Assembly: GCA_963813155.1 (NCBI GenBank)
Contig: CAWEYG010000003.1
Span: forward strand, 160,001-224,000
DNA length: 64,000 bases
From: an uncultured Acidobacteriota bacterium
GTDB lineage: Bacteria; Acidobacteriota; Thermoanaerobaculia; UBA5066; DATFVB01
Direction of reading: 5' to 3'
A model generated the notes under the pieces. The model was given only the letters and a program-made list of their open reading frames with translations. It was not told the DNA's origin and made no database searches. Within the stretch, counting starts at the first letter, position 1, and each line of letters begins with the position of its first letter. The position numbers were made by a program, and so were the translations under genes. Below, one piece after another: positions 39,153 to 53,465 of the stretch.

Positions 39153-40343
39153 ATGCATATCAACGATCTCCTGAGAATCGCGACCGAGCGGAAGGCCTCG
39201 GACCTTCACCTCAAGGTGGGCGCCTATCCGGTGATCCGCGTCGACGGAACCCTGATCCCCCTCGTCGAGATGAAGCGGCTCGTCCAGGAAGACACGATCG
39301 CGATGGCGTTCTCGATCATGAGCGCCCGCCAGAAGGAGAAGTTCAAGAACAATTTCGAGATCGACATCGCGTATTCGGTGCCGGATCTCGGCCGGTTTCG
39401 ATGCAACATCTTCCAGCAGCGCGGCACGGTGGGCCTCGTCCTTCGCGTCATTCCGTCGCGAATTCTCTCGTCGCGGGACCTGCTTCTGCCCCCCGTCGTC
39501 GACCGGATCGCTTCGGAGCAGCGCGGCCTGATCCTCTGCACCGGGACGACCGGCTCCGGCAAGTCGACGACGCTCGCCGCGATGCTCGACTACATCAACA
39601 CGACGCGAAACGAGCACATCATGACGATCGAGGACCCGATCGAGTTCCTCCACCGGGACAAGAAGTCGATCGTCAACCAGCGCGAGGTGGAGGTCGACAC
39701 GAAGGGCTTCTCGATCGCGCTGCGAAGCGCCCTGCGGCAGGACCCGGACGTGATCCTCGTCGGCGAGATGCGCGACTACGAGACCGTCGAGACCGCGCTG
39801 ACCGCGGCGGAGACCGGCCACCTCGTGCTCTCGACGCTGCACACGCTCGACGCGACCGAGACGATCAACCGCATCGTGGCCATCTTCCCCCCTCACCAGC
39901 AGAAGCAGATCCGGCTGCAGCTGTCGGCCGTTCTGAAGGCCGTCATCTCCCTGCGCCTCATGCCGCGCGCCGACGGGCTCGGGCGCGTCCCGGCCGCCGA
40001 GATCCTGATCTCGACGGCGCTCGTGAGGGACTGCATCGAGAACAAGGAGAAGACGAAGCTCATCAAGGACGCGATCACGGCGGGCACGTCGCAGTACGGC
40101 ATGCAGACGTTCGACCAGTCGCTCTTCAGCCTCTACAAGTCGGGGCTGATCACGCTGGACGAGGCTCTCAAGCGATCGACGAACCCGAACGAGTTCCGTC
40201 TGAAGCTCCAGGGGATCCAGTCCACGTCGGATGTCGCCCAGGAGGAGATGGACGCGTCGCTGGAGGCGCCTTCGGAAGCCGACCCGATGTCGGAGAATTC
40301 TCCTTTCGATTTCTCGAACCAGCTGCCCGGCACGAACAGATAA
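39153..40343 (+). CDS. pilT: Type IV pilus retraction ATPase
   Basis: ASDLHL, GTTGSGKSTT, LRQDPDVILVGEMRD, GMQTFDQ. Confidence 0.93.
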   Translation: MHINDLLRIATERKASDLHLKVGAYPVIRVDGTLIPLVEMKRLVQEDTIAMAFSIMSARQKEKFKNNFEIDIAYSVPDLGRFRCNIFQQRGTVGLVLRVIPSRILSSRDLLLPPVVDRIASEQRGLILCTGTTGSGKSTTLAAMLDYINTTRNEHIMTIEDPIEFLHRDKKSIVNQREVEVDTKGFSIALRSALRQDPDVILVGEMRDYETVETALTAAETGHLVLSTLHTLDATETINRIVAIFPPHQQKQIRLQLSAVLKAVISLRLMPRADGLGRVPAAEILISTALVRDCIENKEKTKLIKDAITAGTSQYGMQTFDQSLFSLYKSGLITLDEALKRSTNPNEFRLKLQGIQSTSDVAQEEMDASLEAPSEADPMSENSPFDFSNQLPGTNR

Positions 40344-40349
40344 GAGCCC

Positions 40350-40841
40350 GTGGCTCATCGACGTCCCCGGATCGCCCGCGCCGTCTCCGCTTCTTCGCTG
40401 GAGGAATGCCGCAAGCGGGCGTTTCATCTCCTTTCGATCCGTTCCCGCTCGCGCGAAGAGCTGCGGCGGGCGCTCCAGATCCGCGGCCACGACTCCGAGG
40501 CGGTCTCCGAAACGCTGGACGCGCTGGAAAAAGGCGGTCTCCTCAACGAGCAGGCGGCGCTGGAAGCGTTCCTGCTGGACCGGGAAGACCGTTTCGGAAA
40601 AGGGCGTCTCCGCCACGATCTGCGGCGGCGCGGCTTTCCGGCGGAATCGATCGACAGGGCGCTCGCGGAAATCTCCGATGACGACGAGCGCGCGCTCGCG
40701 GAAACGCTCTTCCGCCGCCGATGGGCCGAGCTGTCGAAGCTGCCGCCCGAGAAGCGAAAAAAACGGGTTTTCGACTTTCTCGACCGCCGCGGGTTTTCGA
40801 AGTCGCTGATCTTCGAGTTGATGGGGGAAGAGACGGATTGA
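40350..40841 (+). CDS. recX: Regulatory protein RecX
   Basis: LLSIRSRSREELR...LRRRG...FLDRRGF. Confidence 0.88.
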   Translation: MAHRRPRIARAVSASSLEECRKRAFHLLSIRSRSREELRRALQIRGHDSEAVSETLDALEKGGLLNEQAALEAFLLDREDRFGKGRLRHDLRRRGFPAESIDRALAEISDDDERALAETLFRRRWAELSKLPPEKRKKRVFDFLDRRGFSKSLIFELMGEETD

Positions 40842-41560
40842 GGGGCTATCGGTCGTTCCTACGATTTGATTCCTTTGTCACGGACGACCGCCCCAATACA
40901 GGCTACAAATTGGCGTTTGCCTGTGTCGTAACGCTGGGTTGCTCGATCGCACCACCCTCAACGGCCTCGCCGGGAAAAGATCACCGCGCTGTGTCCTGCG
41001 GCATTAGCTTTAGAGGCCCCGATCGTCAAAGGGACCTAAAGGGGTTTGACGACCTGCCTGTCGCTCTTCAGCGATTGGTGCGGCAGCACATAGTTGACCG
41101 TCTCGGTAGTCGATACGCTTCCGAATTAGTGTTTGATCGTGGACAGTTAAAGAATCTCGACTCTCCATCATCTTCCGAGCAAGTCAGCGATCCGCTGGCT
41201 AGGCGGCTTTACAACCTGCTCTACCAATTTAGACTCTCCGCAGGCCAGAGCGTTACTGCCTGCATTTTGCTAGAGCCGAATGGAAACATGGTCCAGCCAC
41301 TTTCACTCCCATCTTGGGCGCGCGGCTCCGCTCCACCACGCGTCATGACCAAGAGCGAGGCCAGCGCGGTCGCGAGTAAGCATCGCGTACCCGCATCAGC
41401 TGGAGTCGAGATCTCATATTTTCCTGACACGGATACGCTCGAATGGCTATTTTCATTCCCAACCGCGGATGACGGCTCGACGGTGAGAGGGAAGACTCTC
41501 CATATTCCGATCCAGGATTCGGCAGGCATACATTGGTCCGATTGGGAGGCAATTCATTAG
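40838..41560 (+). CDS. Hypothetical lipoprotein-like protein, lower GC; start uncertain
   Basis: LAFACVVTLGC; long open frame with atypical composition. Confidence 0.55.
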   Translation: MRGYRSFLRFDSFVTDDRPNTGYKLAFACVVTLGCSIAPPSTASPGKDHRAVSCGISFRGPDRQRDLKGFDDLPVALQRLVRQHIVDRLGSRYASELVFDRGQLKNLDSPSSSEQVSDPLARRLYNLLYQFRLSAGQSVTACILLEPNGNMVQPLSLPSWARGSAPPRVMTKSEASAVASKHRVPASAGVEISYFPDTDTLEWLFSFPTADDGSTVRGKTLHIPIQDSAGIHWSDWEAIH

Positions 41561-41622
41561 TGACACGCAATCTTGATTTCGCCTCGACCTCGGCGTAGAG
41601 TCATTGTAGATACGGAGGCGAG

Positions 41623-41862
41623 ATGAGAACCAGGGTTCAAAAGTGGGGAAACAGCCTGGCCGTCCGGATTCCCAAACCCTTCGCGGAAGGAGCGGGGTTG
41701 GGCCCGTCATCGGAGGTTGAGGTTTCGCTCGAGAAGGGAGAAGTTCGCCTCTCGCCCGTTCGCCCTCGTTGGGGTCTGAAGAGGCTGCTTTCAGGTGTTT
41801 CGAAGAAGAATATTCATCGTGAAGTCGACGCCGGGGCCTCGGTCGGTCGAGAAGTCTGGTAG
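41623..41862 (+). CDS. mazE: AbrB/MazE antitoxin
   Basis: VQKWGNSLAVRIP...GREVW. Confidence 0.95.
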   Translation: MRTRVQKWGNSLAVRIPKPFAEGAGLGPSSEVEVSLEKGEVRLSPVRPRWGLKRLLSGVSKKNIHREVDAGASVGREVW

Positions 41863-41866
41863 CGCC

Positions 41867-42199
41867 ATGGCCTACGTGCCGGAACGCGGCGATGTCGTGT
41901 GGATCAGCCTGAATCCTCAAGCTGGTCACGAGCAGGCGGGACGCCGCCCCGCGGTCGTCGTCTCGCCGCGCGCGTATAACTCGAAAGTCGGCCTGGGCCT
42001 CTTCTGCCCAATTACGAGTCAGGCCAAGGGCTACCCGTTCGAGGTCGTCATTCCCGACGGTTTGCCGGTCCGGGGTGTCGTCCTGGCGGATCAGGTCAAG
42101 AGTCTGGATTGGCGCGCTCGTGAGGCCGAGTTCGCGGCCCGCCTTCCACCCGCCTCCCGTGCGGAAGTTGTGGGCAAGCTCGCGGTTCTGCTCGCGTAG
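41867..42199 (+). CDS. mazF: MazF endoribonuclease toxin
   Basis: YVPERGDVVW...GHEQAGRRPA...DQVKSLDWRAR. Confidence 0.96.
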   Translation: MAYVPERGDVVWISLNPQAGHEQAGRRPAVVVSPRAYNSKVGLGLFCPITSQAKGYPFEVVIPDGLPVRGVVLADQVKSLDWRAREAEFAARLPPASRAEVVGKLAVLLA

Positions 42200-42306
42200 C
42201 GCGTCGCCCGGCAGCGCGGGTCCTGTCGCGGGACTCGCTCCGCTTTTCCGCTCGCCGCGAGCCGGAGGACTCTGCTACACCCCGTCGCGAGCGGCAAAAG
42301 GGGGTC

Positions 42307-43241
42307 TCACCCCCCGATAAAGCCCAGGAGGTCTGCGTTCAAGCGGTCCCCGTGCGTGAGCATGAGCCCGTGGGGCGCGCCTTCGTAGACGACGAGGCGG
42401 CTGCCCGGGATCAGCGCGGCCGTCCTTCTCCCGGTGAGCTCGAGAGCCGCGGAGACGTCCTTGTCGCCATGAATGATCAGGCTCGGAAGGGAGATTCGAG
42501 GCAGCTCTTTTCGAAAATCGGTCTCCATGTCCGCGCGATTGCACTCGATCAGGGCTTTGAGCGAGGCCTGCAAGCACATGTCGACGCCCCATTGAACCAT
42601 TGCCGGCGAGGTTTCGGGGGTGAAGAACGGGCGCGCGTTGTCGGCCAGCCAGCTCGGGAAGTCCCTTCGCCACAGCGCGTGCAGCCGGTCGATGGCCGCC
42701 GGGTCCGCGCCCTGAGGATTATTCGGAGTCTTCAGCAGTAGCGGGAGGGTGGGCGCGACGAGCACGATGCGCGCGACCCGGCCCGGGCCGTTGCGCGTCA
42801 AATAGCGGGCGATGACGCCGCAGCCCATCGAGTGACCCACGAGAGTCGTTCCGCGCGCGTCAAAGTGCTCCAGTACCGCCGCCAGATCGTCGCTCAGGGT
42901 GTCGTAGTCGTAGCCCCTCCCCGGGTCGCTCGAGCGGCCGTGTCCCCGTTGGTCGTAGGCGATGCAGCGCAGGCCGCGATTGGCGAGATGGATCATCTGG
43001 TATTGCCAGAGATCGGAGTGCACGGCCCAGCTGTGAACGAAGAGAACGGGTCGGCCCTCTCCCATTCCTTGAGGAACAGCCGGGCTCCATCGACGGTGTC
43101 CATGTATGGCGCGCGAGGGGCGCGAACCTTCGCGGGAGGAGCGGCTCGGCGTTCCGCCCACGCAACCTTTCCACTGGCGGCGGCCAATCCCGCGCCGGCC
43201 GCGCCGTGAACGACCGACCTCAACACATCACGCCTGTTCAT
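42307..43241 (-). CDS. Tat-signal alpha/beta hydrolase (non-heme chloroperoxidase-like); frameshift near 43065
   Basis: MNRRDVL Tat signal; YDQRGHGRS, GHSMG, GAPHG. Confidence 0.85.
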
Positions 43242-43308
43242 GAGAAATTCCTTCCTGGCGCGTCATCCTGCGCAACTCGGAGGCTACGGAGTGGGTCACT
43301 GCGAGGCA

Positions 43309-43325
43309 ATTACCTGAGAGGTAAT
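43309..43325. promoter_or_regulatory. Palindromic operator between the divergent hydrolase and XRE regulator
   Basis: ATTACCT-GAG-AGGTAAT perfect inverted repeat. Confidence 0.75.
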
Positions 43326-43361
43326 GGAGACGAGCGATATCGCGTGCTAGTGTCGCGCCGG

Positions 43362-46930
<3,569 letters not shown>

Positions 46931-46962
46931 AAAATGGTATCCTAGCCGCAGCGATTCATCGG

Positions 46963-47677
46963 ATGAAAAGGACTTTCTGCGCCCTCCTGCTTGCCGTTGT
47001 GCCCGTGTCGGCCGCGCGCGCGGGCGTTCACCTGACGGTCCGGCCCGGACGGAACGAAGGTGATTTACAACGACGACGTCGACAGCCGGCGCTATCGCCC
47101 GGTGCTGAGGAGCGACGGCTGGCTCGCTCAGCGGCTCAGCCGGCCGTGCGTCTACGACGGCCTGATTCGGGAAGCCGCGCTCGCGCACGAGATGGACCCG
47201 CAGCTCGTGAAGTCGGTCATGCTCGTCGAATCGGGATTCAACCCGTCGGCCCGCTCCCGCAAGGGCGCGCTCGGCCTCATGCAGCTCATGCCCGCGACGG
47301 CGCGAATGTACGGAGTCCAGAACGCCTTTGATGCGCGCGACAACATTTTCGGAGGAACGCGGTATCTCACCTACCTGCTGAACCTCTACCGAGGCGATCT
47401 CGAGAACACGCTCGCGGCGTACAACGCCGGGGAGGGCGCGGTCGAGAAGTATCGCGGCATTCCCCCGTACGACGAGACCCTTCTCTACGTCCACAAGACG
47501 CTGACGGCGTACTACGGAAAGCCGTACCTGAGCGGAGGCTTCGGGCGGGCGTTCACGAGCCGGTACCGGCTCCTGGCCGATCTTTCCCCAGGCAATCCCG
47601 TCCGAATGGTTCGCGACGCCGAGAACCGGGCGGTGCTCACGACCGACTTCCGCGCCGCGGACTCCCGCCGCAAGTAA
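46963..47677 (+). CDS. Lytic transglycosylase (SLT); frameshift near 47050
   Basis: Signal peptide in ORF 46963; VESGFNP, GLMQLMP, AAYNAG in ORF 47060. Confidence 0.9.
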
Positions 47678-47679
47678 GG

Positions 47680-48882
47680 GTGGCTCACACGCGGTACGAC
47701 GCGCCTCCCTTCGACCAGGGGCTCTTCCTGCTTCACCTGAACAAGGGCCGCGAAGCTCTTCGGCTCGGCAACACGGCTCTCGCGCGCACGGAGCTGGAGC
47801 TCGCCCAGGCGATCCGGCCGGACGACGAGGACGTGCTCAACCTTCTCTCGGTCGTGTACTTCAAGGCGGGCGAGATGGAATCGGCCGAGAAGATCACGCG
47901 GCGTCTCGTCGCGGAGAACGCGGAATCCGCGGTGCTGCACTCGAATCTGGGAGTGATCCTCGTCAAGCGCGGCGCGCTCGACGACGCGGAGGTCGAGCTC
48001 CGCCGGGCGATCGAGCTCCGGCCGGATCATTCGAAGAGCCACCTCTATCTCGGATTCATCTACCGGCAGTACGGCAAGCTCGGCCTCGCGCTCGAGCACT
48101 TTCGCTTCGCGGGCGCGGAGAAGCTCGTCGCCGAGCTGGGCGAACAGCTTCGCCGGTCGACGCGCGACAGCGGGGAGCTGCGCGCGATGGCCGCGGGGGA
48201 CTCTCCGCCGAAGAGCACGACGGCGAAGCTCGTCATTCCGAAAGAGTTCCGCGCGACCGCTCCCGCGCGTCCCGCGGCGGCGGAGACGGCCCGGCCCGAG
48301 GATCGCGGCGCCCGCCTCTTCCGCGTGCGGGATCATGGCGCCGTCGAGATCAATTTTCGAGGAGAGGTCCTCGTCCGGCGCGGCACGGTGGCCTCGTACG
48401 GGGGCCGTATCGGCTTCGCGGCGGATCCCAAGCTGGAGGGCACGAAAGCCGAGCCCCTGCTCCGCGCGTCGGGTCAGGGCACGATCTTTCTCGCGGACCG
48501 CGGACGCAAGCCGATGCTGATCGAGCTCAAGAACGAGTTCTTCTCGGCGGAAGGCTCCCGGATCCTCGCGATCGGGCCGACGCTGTCGTTCCGGTACGAG
48601 CCCGTCCACGACTTCCCCCGACGGCGCCGCGTCGACGTTCTCCGGATCTTCGGACGCGGAAGCCTCGTGCTCTCGCCGGCGCGCGACACGTTTTCGATTC
48701 CCGTGTCGGCGGAGTTTCCGCTGAACGTGTCCTCGCGCGACCTCATCGGCTGGACGGGGAACCTCGTGCCTTCGGTGCTTCCCGATCGGTTCCTCGACGA
48801 GGTGATGCTCCCCGACAGCGAGGACCCGCCGAAAATCCGGTTCGAGGGCGAAGGCACGGTCATCACGGAAGCCCCCGCTTGA
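47680..48882 (+). CDS. TPR plus AIM24-like domain protein
   Basis: N-terminal TPRs; C-terminal beta-rich GQGTIFL/GRGSLVL/GEGTV repeats. Confidence 0.7.
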   Translation: MAHTRYDAPPFDQGLFLLHLNKGREALRLGNTALARTELELAQAIRPDDEDVLNLLSVVYFKAGEMESAEKITRRLVAENAESAVLHSNLGVILVKRGALDDAEVELRRAIELRPDHSKSHLYLGFIYRQYGKLGLALEHFRFAGAEKLVAELGEQLRRSTRDSGELRAMAAGDSPPKSTTAKLVIPKEFRATAPARPAAAETARPEDRGARLFRVRDHGAVEINFRGEVLVRRGTVASYGGRIGFAADPKLEGTKAEPLLRASGQGTIFLADRGRKPMLIELKNEFFSAEGSRILAIGPTLSFRYEPVHDFPRRRRVDVLRIFGRGSLVLSPARDTFSIPVSAEFPLNVSSRDLIGWTGNLVPSVLPDRFLDEVMLPDSEDPPKIRFEGEGTVITEAPA

Positions 48883-49292
48883 CCGACCCGGAGCGGACCG
48901 AAAAACTTCGCACGTCCCTGAAAACCGGAATGGTCGGCTGCGGGAGCGTGTTGTTGTTCTTCCTCGTGATGGCGACCCTGATCGGCTCCCTCGTTTCCCG
49001 GCATCCCGACAGCTTCCGCCCCGTGCTCGCGAAGCTGTTCGACACGCTCGAGGACGGCCTCGCCCAGGACTTCGGCCCGGACGTCACGGCTGCCGATCGT
49101 GCGGCCTTCGCCGGGGCGCGGGATCATTTTCGCCGGGAATGGACCGCGAGCCGCCTGCCGGCCTCGGCGGCCGACCGCCTGCGGCGCCGCCTCATCTCGG
49201 ACTCGCGAAAGGGCCGGTTCGGCGCCGCGGAAGTCCGGTCGCTGACGAACTTCCTGAACAATCTGGCCTCGCCGGCCGCCCGCGCCGCGTGA
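48879..49292 (+). CDS. Hypothetical membrane-anchored protein
   Basis: Overlaps both neighbours by 4 nt; N-terminal TM. Confidence 0.65.
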   Translation: MTDPERTEKLRTSLKTGMVGCGSVLLFFLVMATLIGSLVSRHPDSFRPVLAKLFDTLEDGLAQDFGPDVTAADRAAFAGARDHFRREWTASRLPASAADRLRRRLISDSRKGRFGAAEVRSLTNFLNNLASPAARAA

Positions 49293-51373
49293 AGGTCAAG
49301 AAAGTCCCCGGGCGAACGGCCCGCCCGGACTCGCCCGCGCGGGAGACGGACCGCCCGAGTTTCGCGGAGTCCCGCGCGCGAGCCGGCGGGATCTTCCGCG
49401 TCGTCTCGGAGTTCACGCCCCAGGGAGATCAGCCGGCCGCGATCGAAGCCCTCGTGGCGGGACTGCGCTCGGCGAAGCGGGACCAGGTCCTGCTCGGCGT
49501 GACGGGCTCGGGCAAGACGTTCACGATGGCGAAGGTCATCGAGGCCGTGAATCGCCCGACTCTCGTGCTGTCGCACAACAAGACGCTGGCTGCCCAGCTG
49601 TACCAGGAATTCCGAGGATTCTTCCCGGACAACTCGGTCGAGTATTTCGTGTCGTACTACGACTACTACCAGCCGGAAGCGTACGTTCCCCAGACGGACA
49701 CCTACATCGAGAAGGAGACTTCCCGAAACGAGGAGATCGACAAGCTGCGGCTCTCGGCGTCGAAGGCCCTCTTCGAGAGGCGCGACGTCATCGTCGTCGC
49801 GTCGGTGTCGTGCATCTACGGACTCGGAAGCCCCGAGTCGTACTACGACATGCTCGCGTTCCTGGAGGTGGGGGACACGGCGGGCATCCCGGCCCTCCTC
49901 AAGCGGCTCGTGGAGATGCAGTACGAGCGGACGAACGCCGACCTGGCCCGCGGGATGTTCCGCGTGCGCGGGGACGTCGTCGAGGTCGTTCCCGCCTACG
50001 AGGACACGGCCGTGCGCGTCGAGTTCTTCGGCGACGCGATCGAGAAGATCTCCCGGATCGACCCTCTCCGCGGAACGGTCCTCGCGCGCGTCCCGCGGCT
50101 CGCGATCTATCCCCGGACGTTCTACGCGACGCCCCGGAGCATCCTGGAGCTCGCGATCGCGGACATTCAGGTGGAGCTCGAGGAGCGGCTCGCGCAGCTC
50201 AACGCCGAAAACAAGAAGCTCGAAGCCCAGCGCCTGCACCAGAGGACGATGTTCGACATCGAAATGATCCGCGAGCTCGGGTTCTGCAACGGCATCGAGA
50301 ACTACTCGCGCCACCTCTCGCGCCGGCTTCCCGGCCAGCCGCCGCCGACGCTGCTCGACTACTTTCCCGACGACTTTCTCCTCATGGTCGACGAGTCGCA
50401 CGTCAGCGTGCCGCAGGTCCGCGGTATGTACTTCGGCGACCGCTCGCGCAAGCAGACGCTCGTGGATTTCGGCTTCCGGCTCCCGTCCGCCCTCGACAAC
50501 CGCCCGCTGACGTTCGACGAGTTCAACGAGAGGATCGGCCAGACGGTCTACGTCTCGGCGACGCCCGCGGCCTACGAGCTGGAGAGGGCGGGAGGCGAGG
50601 TCGTCGAGCAGCTGATCCGGCCGACGGGGCTGCCCGACCCGGAAATCGAGATCCGGCCGGTTCGGGGCCAGGTCGACGACCTGCTCGCCGTCGTTCGCGC
50701 CGCCGCCGAACGGTCGGAGCGCGTCATGGTGACGACGCTCACGAAGCGCATGGCCGAGGACCTGACGAATTACTTCACCGAGCTGGGAGTGCGCTGCCAG
50801 TACCTGCACTCCGACATCGAGACGCTCGAGCGCGTCCGCCTGATCGGGGAGTTTCGGAAGGGGAGCTTCGATTGCCTCGTCGGCATCAACCTTCTCCGCG
50901 AGGGCCTCGACATTCCGGAGGTCGCGGTCGTCGCGATCCTCGACGCCGACAAGGAAGGTTTCCTCCGCAGCACGACGTCGCTGATCCAGACGTCGGGCCG
51001 CGCCGCGCGAAATCTCGAGGGGCGGGTGATCTTCTACGCCGACGCGGTGACGGATTCGATGCGGCGAGCGATGGACGAGACGAAGAGGCGCCGCGAAATC
51101 CAGATCGCCTACAACACGGAGCACGGAATCGAGCCCGCGTCGATCGTGAAGAAGCTCGACTCTCCGCTCGTCGCGCTGTCGAACCTCGATTACCTGGAGC
51201 CGATGCAGATCCGCGAGCGCCCCGACCCCGCCCGCGAAGAGTCCCTCGCCCGCCGCGCCGCGTCCCTGGAAAAGGAAATGAAGGCCGCGGCCCGCGAGCT
51301 CGATTTCGAGCGCGCGGCGAAGCTGCGCGACGAGCTCAAGGCGATCCGGGAGATGGAGATTTTCCGGAGCTGA
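49289..51373 (+). CDS. uvrB: Excinuclease ABC subunit B
   Basis: [38 protein letters not shown]. Confidence 0.98.
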   Translation: MKVKKVPGRTARPDSPARETDRPSFAESRARAGGIFRVVSEFTPQGDQPAAIEALVAGLRSAKRDQVLLGVTGSGKTFTMAKVIEAVNRPTLVLSHNKTLAAQLYQEFRGFFPDNSVEYFVSYYDYYQPEAYVPQTDTYIEKETSRNEEIDKLRLSASKALFERRDVIVVASVSCIYGLGSPESYYDMLAFLEVGDTAGIPALLKRLVEMQYERTNADLARGMFRVRGDVVEVVPAYEDTAVRVEFFGDAIEKISRIDPLRGTVLARVPRLAIYPRTFYATPRSILELAIADIQVELEERLAQLNAENKKLEAQRLHQRTMFDIEMIRELGFCNGIENYSRHLSRRLPGQPPPTLLDYFPDDFLLMVDESHVSVPQVRGMYFGDRSRKQTLVDFGFRLPSALDNRPLTFDEFNERIGQTVYVSATPAAYELERAGGEVVEQLIRPTGLPDPEIEIRPVRGQVDDLLAVVRAAAERSERVMVTTLTKRMAEDLTNYFTELGVRCQYLHSDIETLERVRLIGEFRKGSFDCLVGINLLREGLDIPEVAVVAILDADKEGFLRSTTSLIQTSGRAARNLEGRVIFYADAVTDSMRRAMDETKRRREIQIAYNTEHGIEPASIVKKLDSPLVALSNLDYLEPMQIRERPDPAREESLARRAASLEKEMKAAARELDFERAAKLRDELKAIREMEIFRS

Positions 51374-51380
51374 CGAGGGC

Positions 51381-51623
51381 TCAGGGCCGCGCAGAGTGGG
51401 GCGTGCGCGTCGGCTGGTTGCAGGCGCGGGTCAGGCCGAACGCGAGGAGAGCGACGGCGAGCCCGGCCACGACCCAGATCGTCGCGGTCTTCTTCTTCGA
51501 CAGGTCGGGTCGCGTGAAGAACCCCGTCCGAAAGATGTCCACCTGATTCTTGCAGTGCGGGCACTCGACGACGTCGTTTCCGATCGGGCGCAGGCAGAAG
51601 GGGCACTCTTTCACAGGCTCCAA
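51381..51623 (-). CDS. Small zinc-ribbon membrane protein
   Basis: CPFC...CPHC followed by a TM helix. Confidence 0.7.
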   Translation of the reverse strand: MEPVKECPFCLRPIGNDVVECPHCKNQVDIFRTGFFTRPDLSKKKTATIWVVAGLAVALLAFGLTRACNQPTRTPHSARP

Positions 51624-51659
51624 TCATACATATTCGCGCTTTCCGTTTATAATTTGAGC

Positions 51660-53465
51660 GTGACGGCGCCACATTCTCCAGCCGCTCCGGAGAACCTGCC
51701 GGACGCGCCCGGCGTCTATCTCTTCCGGAACTCGAACGAGCGCATCCTCTACGTGGGAAAGGCGCGTTCGCTCAAGAAACGGGTCCTCTCGTATTTCCAC
51801 AAGAACGTCGAGGACACCAAGACCCGGGCGCTCCTGGCGGACCAGCGGTCGGTCGAGACGATCGTGACGCGAACCGAGCTGGAAGCCCTCCTCCTGGAAA
51901 ACTCGCTCATCAAGAAGCACAAGCCGCGCTACAACGTGTGTCTCCGCGACGACAAGACCTATCCCTACATCAAGATCACGACGGGGGAAGAGTGGCCACG
52001 CGCCCTCGTGACGCGCCGCGTCCTCGACGACGGCCACTCCTATTTCGGGCCTTTCTGGGGCGGTCTCGCGCGCCGCACGATGAAGATGATCACCCGTCAT
52101 TTTCAGATCCGGACCTGTTCCATCGAGATCGACGGGCGCCTTCCGAGACCGTGTCTCTACTACGACCTCCACGCCTGCCTCGGACCGTGCGTGGCCGGCC
52201 TCACGACGAAGGAGGCCTACGCCGAGGCGGTTCGCGACGTCATCCTCTTCCTCCAGGGGAAGAACGCGGACCTCGAGCGGAGCCTTCGCCAGAAGATGGA
52301 GGCGGCGTCGGCGTCGGAGAATTTCGAGATGGCGGCCGCTTACCGCGACGCCCTGAAGACGGTCGAAGAGGTCGCCGAACGCCAGGTCGTGCAGCGGATG
52401 TCGGGCGAAGACACGGACACCTGGGGGCTCTACGAAAGCGACGGGGACGTCGCGGTGCAGATCCTCGTCGTGCGCGGCGGCACGATGGTCGACCGGCGCG
52501 AGCTGTTCTTCGAGAAAGCGGCGATCGTCGACCCGGCCGAGTCGCTCTCGAGCCTGCTTGCGCAATTCTACGAGCGGAACTCCTTTCTTCCCGAGGAGAT
52601 TCTCGTGCCGATCGACCTGCCGGACGCCGACCTGTTGGAGGAGTTCTTCTCGGGCAAGAAGGGCTCGCGCGTGGTCGTGCGACGGCCGCAGAGGGGGCCC
52701 GCCCACGACCGGCTCGAGATGGCCGCGACGAACGCGAGGAGCCGGCACGAGGCGCGTTTCCGGAAGGCCGCGACGGCGGAAGAGGAAGCCGTCTCCCGGC
52801 TCGCGCGCCTGCTCGAGATGCCCGCTCCCGTGCGCCGGATCGAGGGATTCGACATCTCGCACATCCAGGGCACGGACTCGTACGCGTCGATGGTCGTCTT
52901 CGAGGCGGGGAAGCCGAAGAAATCCGACTACCGTCTCTTTCGGATCCGCTCGCAGCGCCTTCTGGAGCCCGACGATTTTGCGTCGATGGCCGAGGCCGTG
53001 ACGCGCCGTTACTCGAGGCTCGCGGCGGAGAACCGCCCGATGCCCGACCTCGTCCTCGTCGATGGAGGCCGCGGCCAGCTGTCGGCCGCGCTGACCGCTC
53101 TGGACCGCATCGGCGTCAACGTCGCGGTCGCGGGGCTGGCGAAGAAAGAGGAAGAGATCTTCGTGCCGGGCCGGCCCGAGCCGATCCGCCTCTCCCGCCA
53201 CGACCCCGCGTTGAAGCTCGTCCAGCGGGTGCGCGACGAGGCGCATCGCTTCGCGATCGCCCGGCACCGCAAGACCCGGTCGAAGAACGCGCTGACGACC
53301 GACCTCCGGAGCATCCCGGGAGTCGGTCCGGCGAGGGCGCGCGCCCTGCTTCGCCAGTTCGGCTCCGTCGACGGAATGAAGAGCGCCCCGGCGGAGGAAA
53401 TCTCCCGGATCGTCGGGGCGAAGGCCGCGGACGCCGTTCTCATCCATCTTCACGGTGAAGCTTGA
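51660..53465 (+). CDS. uvrC: Excinuclease ABC subunit C
   Basis: PGVY...YVGKA, IEGFDISH, VDGGRGQ, RDEAHRFA, HhH. Confidence 0.98.
   Translation: MTAPHSPAAPENLPDAPGVYLFRNSNERILYVGKARSLKKRVLSYFHKNVEDTKTRALLADQRSVETIVTRTELEALLLENSLIKKHKPRYNVCLRDDKTYPYIKITTGEEWPRALVTRRVLDDGHSYFGPFWGGLARRTMKMITRHFQIRTCSIEIDGRLPRPCLYYDLHACLGPCVAGLTTKEAYAEAVRDVILFLQGKNADLERSLRQKMEAASASENFEMAAAYRDALKTVEEVAERQVVQRMSGEDTDTWGLYESDGDVAVQILVVRGGTMVDRRELFFEKAAIVDPAESLSSLLAQFYERNSFLPEEILVPIDLPDADLLEEFFSGKKGSRVVVRRPQRGPAHDRLEMAATNARSRHEARFRKAATAEEEAVSRLARLLEMPAPVRRIEGFDISHIQGTDSYASMVVFEAGKPKKSDYRLFRIRSQRLLEPDDFASMAEAVTRRYSRLAAENRPMPDLVLVDGGRGQLSAALTALDRIGVNVAVAGLAKKEEEIFVPGRPEPIRLSRHDPALKLVQRVRDEAHRFAIARHRKTRSKNALTTDLRSIPGVGPARARALLRQFGSVDGMKSAPAEEISRIVGAKAADAVLIHLHGEA

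Noticed and set aside
37317-40681. Very long ORFs 37317..40616 (-) and 37454..40681 (+)
   Set aside because: Shadow frames of rsmE, ilvE, pilT and recX caused by high GC content.
42200-42305. Hairpin after mazF as an attC (toxin-antitoxin cassette)
   Set aside because: No AAC/GTT boxes or family core; more consistent with a terminator or REP-like structure between convergent genes.
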